Source of the DNA: a virus
Lineage: Duplodnaviria; Caudoviricetes
DNA length: 27,086 bases
IMG/VR virus record: IMGVR_UViG_3300035664_000071
Span: 1-27,086 of that record
Reading direction: 5' to 3' (one strand)
Positions 1 through 7,644 of this stretch are shown piece after piece. The notes beneath the pieces are model-generated. The model was given only the letters and a program-made list of their open reading frames with translations, had not been told where the DNA came from and ran no database searches. The position numbers were made by a program, and so were the translations under genes. Every line of letters starts with the position of its first letter. Position 1 is the stretch's first letter.

Positions 1-1803
1 CATCGGTAAGTCGATGAAGCGCTGAGCACCTTCAGTCGGGATGTGATTGCGAATAAGCTCCATGATTAGCTGAGGTGCGCTGTGATGGATTACATCTTGG
101 TACTTCTCGATGGTGCCATTAGCAACGCGCAGGGCAATATCTGCCGAGCTCATCAGTAGCAATTCATCAGCATTCAGGATAAGGTCATAAACAGCACTTG
201 TCTCTTCATCGGTGTAGTGAATTGCCTTGATGTAGTTATAGACATTGCTGAAGGTAATCGATGGCGGTACGCCTGCCTTCACGCCTTCGCTGATTACAGC
301 TAAGTAATCGCTCGGGGTGCTGATGTCGAAGCTGGTCGGGTACACAAGATTCACCCCGCCAAAGTTTTCGCCGTAACGCATGCGCCCCATCGTCACCAAG
401 CAGAACTCGTAAAGGTTGAATAGCTGGTCTGAAATAGGCTTGATAAACGCATAGAGCGCACGTAGCTTATTCAATGAGCCTGTGGCTGTCGATGCTTCGC
501 CGATGGTTCCGCTTTCGTCTGAGCTTGGCAAGTGCAATATCCTGCGAGCCTTTGCCATTTGCTGCTCAATCTCTGTGCGGAGGAAGTTCAGCGTGTCCAT
601 TGGTGGGCTCACAAACTTCAGGTACTCGCCACTGAGTGCGCTGTCTCCTTCGCTCAATGCTGTCTTAGGCTTAATCAGTAGCATCCCTGTTGGGCTGAAT
701 CGGCTCTTAACACCCGAGCCATTACAGCTGGAGCAAGTACGGTAGCCGCCATTGATGGGGTCAAAGATTTGGCCATCCTGACACTTGTTACCTTCGCGAT
801 CGGTAAACTCGCAAATCTCACCCAGCGCCACCATAAAAGGAAACGCGCTTGTGGCTTTGCTGATTTGCAAATAACTTTCATCGAGAATCACCTGGTCGAG
901 CAATGGCACGGCTGTGATGAATGGTGACTGGAAGTTTATCTCGCCACCGATAAGCTGCGGCATCCCTTGTAGCTTTTGCGCTGGCACATAGCCGAGGTTG
1001 TGCGAATAGTAGAGCTCGGGTTCGCTGAATGTGTAGTCCGATTTTTTACCGATTTGGTAAACCTTCCAGATATTCATCGTGTCATAAATCTCCAACACGA
1101 TGCCGCTCTTCTCTTCCTTGCTGCCGTTGCGGACCTTTGAATAGTCATCGGTAATGACCATGTAATACTCGCCATAATCTTGCCCGACAATGCTCTTGCA
1201 TGAGTAGTATTCAGGCATCGGTCTTATCAGCTCGTTGCTCACTACCTCTTCGCCTTGCTCGTTCTCGATGGTGTCAATATCTTCGGGCTCGATTGCGATA
1301 ATGCCATTCGGGTCGATTAGCTTCAGCGTTGGCAGCATCGTCTTAACGAATGCTTCCAAAGAGCCGAAGCGTTCAATCTCTTGGTTCACGTAGCGCTGGA
1401 AGGTATCTTCGCCAAAGATTGGCTCGAGCTCGGGGCTGTATCGGATGCTCCAATTTTGGTCCGCAAACGCACGGCTTATCGTGGCTTTGAAATCCTCGAA
1501 CACACTCAGCGTTGTAGGCTTGTAGTTCGCTCGGATGTACTCAGCCTGTGCATCGGTTTGGTTAGGTGCGCGCACAGAGAGCAAGTGTGCCGGGTAAATG
1601 TCAGGCCGGGTATGCGGCAAGATGCTGTCATACATCTTAGCGGCATAGTTATACCCCGGCCAATACTCAGGATATTGACTCACGCCTGTGCGCTGCTTGG
1701 TGATTGGATTGATAGGTGTCTTCATTGCTGCGGCTTCCCAGCCCTTGTGCAGCATTGCGAACCTATTGACAATCTTATCAATGTCATCTATGGTTAGTGC
1801 CAT
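1..1803 (-). CDS. Putative portal protein with internal Cys4 Zn-finger-like insert; 3' end truncated by the window
   Basis: Not in the ORF track because it runs off the edge. Hand translation gives an open frame of 601 codons from ATG at 1803 (MALTIDDIDKIVNRF...FIDLPM). Size, helical character, the STATG...LYAFIKPISDQL segment and structural-module context fit a portal. It contains CEF-x7-C...CSSCNGSG. Confidence 0.7.
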   Translation of the reverse strand, partial: MALTIDDIDKIVNRFAMLHKGWEAAAMKTPINPITKQRTGVSQYPEYWPGYNYAAKMYDSILPHTRPDIYPAHLLSVRAPNQTDAQAEYIRANYKPTTLSVFEDFKATISRAFADQNWSIRYSPELEPIFGEDTFQRYVNQEIERFGSLEAFVKTMLPTLKLIDPNGIIAIEPEDIDTIENEQGEEVVSNELIRPMPEYYSCKSIVGQDYGEYYMVITDDYSKVRNGSKEEKSGIVLEIYDTMNIWKVYQIGKKSDYTFSEPELYYSHNLGYVPAQKLQGMPQLIGGEINFQSPFITAVPLLDQVILDESYLQISKATSAFPFMVALGEICEFTDREGNKCQDGQIFDPINGGYRTCSSCNGSGVKSRFSPTGMLLIKPKTALSEGDSALSGEYLKFVSPPMDTLNFLRTEIEQQMAKARRILHLPSSDESGTIGEASTATGSLNKLRALYAFIKPISDQLFNLYEFCLVTMGRMRYGENFGGVNLVYPTSFDISTPSDYLAVISEGVKAGVPPSITFSNVYNYIKAIHYTDEETSAVYDLILNADELLLMSSADIALRVANGTIEKYQDVIHHSAPQLIMELIRNHIPTEGAQRFIDLPM

Positions 1804-1883
1804 TACGCAGTTACTTTAGTAGTTGGTTGGTTTATGATGTGCGAGCCGCATGACTTAGAGCGGCAGAAGGTTAGTGCTTTCAT
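1803..1883 (-). CDS. 26-aa micro-ORF MKALTFCRSKSCGSHIINQPTTKVTA
   Basis: Exactly fills the gap. ATGA overlap with the methyltransferase stop (1880-1883) and TAATG overlap with the portal start (1801-1805). Confidence 0.55.
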   Translation of the reverse strand: MKALTFCRSKSCGSHIINQPTTKVTA

Positions 1884-2446
1884 GGTTTCTGAATTAGCGA
1901 AAGGCCACGCCCCTCGGATGTGTTGAGCGTAATCACATTGTAGTTATAATGCGCTGCGTACTCCATCAGCTTCTTGACATCAGCAATATGAATCGTGTCA
2001 TGATAGGCAACGATGCCACCATTGGCAAGCACGCGCTCAACCTCTTTGAACTCGGGCAATATATTCTCCCAGCTGTGGTCTCCATCCACGAATATAAAAT
2101 CGAAGTGATTTGCCGGATAGCCTTTGAGCAATGTTATGGATTCGCCGAGTATAAACTCAACATCAGTGCCGAAGGATTTGAGGTCATGCTTAAGATAGTT
2201 GTTAATGTCGATGCCTGTGTACTTGCCACCGTATGGCATGGCTTCAATCATTTTAACGGCTGTCTCGCCTTCGAAAACGCCAATCTCGAGCACGTTCGCT
2301 GAATTGTTCATCTTGATAAGTGAGCCAATGAACTGACATACATCGGGCTCGCTGTTCCATCCGTGGCGCGCCACTTCGTTGAATGTGGCAGTTGTTACAA
2401 TCTTTTTAGGTCTGCCTCTCTTTGGCTTATCGCTTAGGGTCTGCAT
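1880..2446 (-). CDS. Class I SAM-dependent (O-)methyltransferase, Methyltransf_24-like
   Basis: VLEIGVFEGET motif I, GIDI, FDFIFVDGDHS and GGIVAYHD. Start ATG 2446 preferred over 2569 because it minimises overlap with the upstream gene. N-terminal KRGRPKK. Confidence 0.85.
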   Translation of the reverse strand: MQTLSDKPKRGRPKKIVTTATFNEVARHGWNSEPDVCQFIGSLIKMNNSANVLEIGVFEGETAVKMIEAMPYGGKYTGIDINNYLKHDLKSFGTDVEFILGESITLLKGYPANHFDFIFVDGDHSWENILPEFKEVERVLANGGIVAYHDTIHIADVKKLMEYAAHYNYNVITLNTSEGRGLSLIQKP

Positions 2447-3347
2447 GCTTATGGTCTGTAATTCGGTGAATGAAGTATTTGTGCTGGATGCCGTCCTGTT
2501 GCATCCATGCTTTAAGTTTCCTATCGAGCCATTCGATGTAAAAGGTCGGTGTGAATCCTTTGCCACCATAGTAGCTCATCAGGTAGAACCTTTCCTCGAT
2601 TTGCGCATAGCTGAACTCACGATTCATCTGAAAGCAGATAGCATCAATCTCATACGGCTTGAAGTTATTCTTGCCGAATGACACATTGAAGTAAAGCTCA
2701 TCGGGTTGCCCGCCACCCCATTTCATGCGGAGCTTGTTAATCGGCATCGGATTGTTGAGGTAAAGGTCGGCAGCTGTGCGGTAAATCGCTTCGGCCTCTG
2801 GGCACTTCTCAATGAACTGGATTGAGCTGTTTATCGCATAAATCTTGTCGGCTTTCGTCAATCCAAAGTGCTGCCATAGTTGGTCAGCCCACGCCCATTG
2901 CATCTCCTTGAAATCGCGGCCTTGGTCGATGGTATGCTCACCCACAACTCGCGTGGCATACTTTGCATCGTTCGCAATCAGCTGGTCGATTAGAGGCTGC
3001 AAATCCTTAAGGCATACAGCATCGACATCGAGGTAGAGGTTGTAATGGAACGGCAAGTAATCAAAGAGCAATACCTTCGCCTTGCCGGGGTCAAGTTTCT
3101 TATTCGTGTATATGTGCTGCTCGGGCAAGTCAACATACACATCGATTTGGTTTGTCAAGTCATGGCAATAGTACAAGGCCCTGTCCTTGCTATCGCTGAT
3201 TAGCGCAATCTGCAAATCCTTGTTGAATCGCTTAATCGAATACGCTAAGTTATAAGCAGCCCAGTAATACTGAGGCTTACCAAAAGCAACAAGCACCACC
3301 CCGCTCGAGGTAGGCTTGCCGCTTTGATTTGTGGTTTGAATATCCAT
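2427..3347 (-). CDS. GT-A fold glycosyltransferase (GT8-like / nucleotide-diphospho-sugar transferase)
   Basis: GVVLVAFGKPQYY...AYSIK N-terminus, K..LFDYLPF..NLYLDVDAVC (DxD), INSS and DELYFN motifs. Confidence 0.8.
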   Translation of the reverse strand: MDIQTTNQSGKPTSSGVVLVAFGKPQYYWAAYNLAYSIKRFNKDLQIALISDSKDRALYYCHDLTNQIDVYVDLPEQHIYTNKKLDPGKAKVLLFDYLPFHYNLYLDVDAVCLKDLQPLIDQLIANDAKYATRVVGEHTIDQGRDFKEMQWAWADQLWQHFGLTKADKIYAINSSIQFIEKCPEAEAIYRTAADLYLNNPMPINKLRMKWGGGQPDELYFNVSFGKNNFKPYEIDAICFQMNREFSYAQIEERFYLMSYYGGKGFTPTFYIEWLDRKLKAWMQQDGIQHKYFIHRITDHKHADPKR

Positions 3348-3886
3348 TATCCAAAGATGCCAGCAGGAGCATCGTATTGTGCTGGGATATTCTTGTCACG
3401 CCATGAGAACGTAACTTCGTAACGCTGCAATTCGTTATTTTGCTCCGGCAAGATGAAGTTCGCCGATGTGGTAATACCAACCGGAGGATTGATGTAAATC
3501 ACCTTTCCGCTATCGCACATGAATGCGAGCACCCATGCGATACGGCGGTTGTTAACATCATTCCAGAAAGTATTGTTCTCATCGGTCACGTTTGCATCGT
3601 ACAAGGTTGCAGTACGGTCTTCGTTGATACGAATAGGAGTACCGCAGCCGATCGGGCTGTCAACTGTCACAGGTGAGCCAGCAGGCAACGCGAATCGGAT
3701 GTCTTCAATGAGCTTCGCAGTTCCGGCATCAATTAATGCCTGAACCTCAACCTCGTCTGAAGGGTTTACTAATTCGGTACCGCATGCACCCACAAGGATA
3801 GCAGACACGCCGCCGAGCTTGTATTCATTGCAGTTTACTAAGTTGTGGTCAAGTAGCGAAGAGTCGCAGTAGCTTACACAAGCCAT
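3347..3886 (-). CDS. Virion structural protein, probable major tail tube protein
   Basis: 179 aa, beta-rich, ends YEVTFSW, has its own promoter and lies downstream of the tail genes. Confidence 0.5.
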   Translation of the reverse strand: MACVSYCDSSLLDHNLVNCNEYKLGGVSAILVGACGTELVNPSDEVEVQALIDAGTAKLIEDIRFALPAGSPVTVDSPIGCGTPIRINEDRTATLYDANVTDENNTFWNDVNNRRIAWVLAFMCDSGKVIYINPPVGITTSANFILPEQNNELQRYEVTFSWRDKNIPAQYDAPAGIFG

Positions 3887-3958
3887 AGTAGTAGAGATTT
3901 AATTATTGTCAGCCTGTTGAATAGGACGGCATAACCCCTACGTTCCTATGATGTACTG

Positions 3959-3966
3959 CAAATATA
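3959..3966 (-). promoter_or_regulatory. Bacteroidota-type -7 promoter element TATATTTG
   Basis: Matches TAnnTTTG in the intergenic gap. It is followed by an imperfect 5'UTR hairpin (3921-3949) and an A/T-rich leader. Confidence 0.65.
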
Positions 3967-3970
3967 CAAT

Positions 3971-5644
3971 TTATTCCTGATACAAGTTAATGAAGTTCTC
4001 CGTTGTGATGCGCTCGTTATCCTGTGTTAGTATAAACGGCTCATCTGCGTTATCCAATATCGAAGGTAGGCAGTCAGCATCCACGCCAACACAGACCGTC
4101 TTACGCACCTTATCGAGCTTCTTATACAGCTCGATTGTCAAGCTGCCAAGGTCATCGGCATTATCGTATTCAATCGTTGGGAATTCATTGTCCGCTGGGA
4201 AGGATAGCTCACCATTCACATAGCAGTTATCGAAATAGAATACAATCGAGAGGAAGTCGAGCACATACTCAGGCAAGCGCCCGAAGTGGTAGCTGAGTTT
4301 CTTTTTGCGGTCTACAAAGCTCGCCTGCCATCTTCCCGATGCGTATCTGAAGAGGTCGGTATCGGTATCGTATTGCGGTTGAAATCTGCGACCTTCCAAT
4401 CGGATGCCTGGAAGAAATGATGTGCCGCTGAAGCCGAGCCCGAATTGGTTCTCGCCATTGCAGCCTTCAATCTTAAAAAAGCGGCATTCATCGGTGAAGT
4501 CACCAATCTGAATCAGGTCGCTGTACTTGTCATACTTCGCCCAGTTCTTATCAGCTCGCACTGTGATGCGCGTAACCGTTATCTCGCCATCGAGCGAAGC
4601 ACCAAACTGCGAACCGAGTAGGCTCAATGCTCCGCTCTGCGTTACCGTTATAGTGAAGTTATAAGTGCCCGCTGTGCTTATGGCTGTGGCGTAGTTAACC
4701 CCATCCACCTGAAGCCGTAGCCGTGCATTGACAATCGAATCCACTTCAATGGTCACATAGTAATCCGTGTCCTCGCATAGCTCGGTAATCGACTCAAGGC
4801 TCGTGGCATTGCCTAACACCGTCAGGTCAATCTGCGCCTCGCCGCCGCCGATGTTCCAAGTATCGCTGCCAGTTACCGAAACGCTACTCCAGCCAAGCGG
4901 CGGGCAATCGATGCACCCACCCCAATCGTTGAAGTAAGGATTGTAAATGTAATACTGCCCACATGTGTTGGTACAAAAGTCGGCAATCGCTAACCGATAG
5001 CAGCCAGCATCAAAGCCGTAATCAGCCAAGGCAATGCCCGCCGTGAGATATTGGTCTTTTGTTGTGAGCACTGGGTCGAGCACTTGCACCACAGCCAGCG
5101 TTGTAGCATCAACGATGCCCGCGAATAATGCGCCATTGCAATTCGGCTGGAAGTCATCAATGGTAACGGTGCCAATGAACTCTTGCACGGTTGTGTTAGT
5201 GGCAATAAGTAAATCCTGAATGTTGCTGTTGTTATTTGCAGGGATATCGAGAGCCTTGAGATAAATCGTGTGCGTACCCACAGCACTGATATTAACCGTA
5301 TCGCCGTTAGTGAAGCCAACGATTAAAGTACCAATCGAGCCGGGATTTATGGTGATGGTTAGCTTATACTCGAGGCAGTTGATGAACTTGAAGAAGGTAT
5401 ATGCAACCAGCGCGGTATCGTCATTACTGCCGGGAAAGGTTATATTAAAGCCATCAACATTCGCATCATTGACAACTATAATTTCATTGAATCGCAAGTA
5501 TCCGCACTCGCCTGCTTCGAGTTGCCAGAACAATTGATCGTTGAAGTCGGCAAGCTGCGCGAACTCAGAGCCGCATCCCTCGCATACCTCGGGCAATGTG
5601 CTGCTAAATATTATCGGTTGGTTGGGTATCGATGTATAACTCAT
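3971..5644 (-). CDS. Tail/baseplate structural protein with probable beta-sandwich (CBM-like) domains
   Basis: 557 aa, acidic, T/G/N- and Cys-rich. Second gene after the tape measure, with an ATGA overlap. Confidence 0.6.
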   Translation of the reverse strand: MSYTSIPNQPIIFSSTLPEVCEGCGSEFAQLADFNDQLFWQLEAGECGYLRFNEIIVVNDANVDGFNITFPGSNDDTALVAYTFFKFINCLEYKLTITINPGSIGTLIVGFTNGDTVNISAVGTHTIYLKALDIPANNNSNIQDLLIATNTTVQEFIGTVTIDDFQPNCNGALFAGIVDATTLAVVQVLDPVLTTKDQYLTAGIALADYGFDAGCYRLAIADFCTNTCGQYYIYNPYFNDWGGCIDCPPLGWSSVSVTGSDTWNIGGGEAQIDLTVLGNATSLESITELCEDTDYYVTIEVDSIVNARLRLQVDGVNYATAISTAGTYNFTITVTQSGALSLLGSQFGASLDGEITVTRITVRADKNWAKYDKYSDLIQIGDFTDECRFFKIEGCNGENQFGLGFSGTSFLPGIRLEGRRFQPQYDTDTDLFRYASGRWQASFVDRKKKLSYHFGRLPEYVLDFLSIVFYFDNCYVNGELSFPADNEFPTIEYDNADDLGSLTIELYKKLDKVRKTVCVGVDADCLPSILDNADEPFILTQDNERITTENFINLYQE

Positions 5645-7644
5645 GGAAGTAGTTTGTTTGAACGTAGTTCGAATTGCGCGGCCTTGCGCATCACTGACTC
5701 AATCTGAATGTTCTTTATGTAGGTATCAATCACGGCAACGCTGTCATCCCTACGCCCGAGTTGTATCGGCTTGGATGTCTCCGATGTTATGGCGTTAATC
5801 TCTGCCATCGATAGCGGTCGCTTGAACTTGTAAAGGTAGGCTTGCACATCGTCGATATTGACAGGGTCGAGGTCTTGGTCGGGGTTGTTGGCGTTAAGCG
5901 GTACGGCTGTAATGTCCAAGAAGCTGTTTTGCCCGCTAAAAGTATTCGTAATCCTTATCGGAATGTTGGTGCCGTTCTGCACTTGTGCGTAGAAGTTTGC
6001 GCTTATCTTATCGCCCTGATTGCAGACGAATGTAGTGGTAACAGTTACCAGCGAGAATGATGGATATGTTTGCGTAATCGGCGGGAACGATGGCACCTCA
6101 GCAATGAATGTATCGTTAGCATCGCGGCGAACGATTGAGCAAAAGTTTACGACATTGCCGACAGTTGGGTCAGCACCTGAGTCTCGAATCAGCTGAAGCG
6201 TTATCGTGTAAACACCCGCATAAGGGCATACATAAGAATCGCCTGCATACAAGTTGTTCGGGTCATTGAATTGATTGGTAAACTGAATATAAGCTCCGTT
6301 CCATCCAAAGTAATTTTCAACCGCGTTGTCATTTGCATCAAATACCGGAAACGGAAACGCGCCTATCCTAACCTCACATGCCGCTTGTGCTGGCGTGAAT
6401 GGCGCATTCAAGAAGCTGAATAGGCTGTTAGGGTAACCACTCAACCAATTAGCTGAGACATTGATGTTCGTGTACAATCCGTTGTATACGGTTTGCCCAA
6501 TCGAGTAAGGGTCATACTTATTCGCTATAAATCCATTCGCTGCAAAGGTATTGTCATAGCTTGACTGAATGATGAAGTTGCTTAGGTCATGGCTGGGCGA
6601 TGCAAAGCGAATCACATCCTCAATCACATTCGCATCGAATATGATATCGCCGCTTTTCAAGTTCAGCACGTTCGATGTATTGCATTCGCCAATGAATCCG
6701 AATGTCTCAATCCTGAATCCTCTGAATGGCGTTTGCACAAACGTGCATGCAGTATTTCCACCATCGCACTCAGCTTGTTCGAGGAATGGGTCAGAGCCAA
6801 AGTCCACAGCGGCATAGAGCCGTGTGGTGTCGAACTTCATCTCAATTTCCGGCTGATCGTAAAGGTTAGCCGATGCGCCCGATTGCTGGAAGTATGCAAT
6901 CGGCTCGATTCGTAGCAATGGTCTGCCATTCGCTTGCTTCTCGAAGCCGATGCCGAGGTTTAGCTTTTGCTTCATTGCGAGATATAGTTTCTCGAATGTC
7001 GCAGTCATCTCGAATGGCTGTCGCTGTCTTAGGACATTGCCCTGCGTGTATACTGGTAAGCTCGAATCAGGATAAAAGTATGAGAAAAAGTTTGAAGCAA
7101 AGTCCACTAACCCATCGCTCATGCAGTTAATCAAATGCTGGAACACATCGTAAAGCGCATATCCGTATGCGAATTGCGCTTCATAGGTTCCGGTGGCCGG
7201 GTTGAATATGTCAAGTCTCCGCATCACTGGCGGAATTATGGCTGTGCCGTTCTTTGATGCGGATAAGGACAGCGAGAATGGGATAGACTTGTTGTTGTTT
7301 ATCTTCGTGCTGAAGGTTTCATCGTAGAGCTTCGTCTTTACTTGACACCTATCAAGCAGAAAGTTCGATTCGGTTACAATGATGTAGCCATCGACTAACT
7401 TCTCCCAGGTACCCGAGTTGCAAAGATATTGCACGCTCACGCGCACCAACTCACAATACCCTGAAGTCTCGAGCTTAGTGTATAGATAAGTGAATACATC
7501 ACCACCAAAAGTTAACTCATTATCGAATGAAACAATGCGGGCTCCGATGTTATCGTCCGTGGTAATGTTAATGCCGAAGTCCTCAGGGTTAAGCGGCTGG
7601 CCTCGGTCGAGATTGTCAATTAAAAACTTTATTTCTACTGCCAT
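5641..7644 (-). CDS. Tail protein following the tape measure, with a C1q/BclA-C-like insert
   Basis: Position after the tape measure. FTNQFNDPNNLY...YVCPYAGVYTITLQL resembles the C1q-like motif. Confidence 0.6.
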   Translation of the reverse strand: MAVEIKFLIDNLDRGQPLNPEDFGINITTDDNIGARIVSFDNELTFGGDVFTYLYTKLETSGYCELVRVSVQYLCNSGTWEKLVDGYIIVTESNFLLDRCQVKTKLYDETFSTKINNNKSIPFSLSLSASKNGTAIIPPVMRRLDIFNPATGTYEAQFAYGYALYDVFQHLINCMSDGLVDFASNFFSYFYPDSSLPVYTQGNVLRQRQPFEMTATFEKLYLAMKQKLNLGIGFEKQANGRPLLRIEPIAYFQQSGASANLYDQPEIEMKFDTTRLYAAVDFGSDPFLEQAECDGGNTACTFVQTPFRGFRIETFGFIGECNTSNVLNLKSGDIIFDANVIEDVIRFASPSHDLSNFIIQSSYDNTFAANGFIANKYDPYSIGQTVYNGLYTNINVSANWLSGYPNSLFSFLNAPFTPAQAACEVRIGAFPFPVFDANDNAVENYFGWNGAYIQFTNQFNDPNNLYAGDSYVCPYAGVYTITLQLIRDSGADPTVGNVVNFCSIVRRDANDTFIAEVPSFPPITQTYPSFSLVTVTTTFVCNQGDKISANFYAQVQNGTNIPIRITNTFSGQNSFLDITAVPLNANNPDQDLDPVNIDDVQAYLYKFKRPLSMAEINAITSETSKPIQLGRRDDSVAVIDTYIKNIQIESVMRKAAQFELRSNKLLP

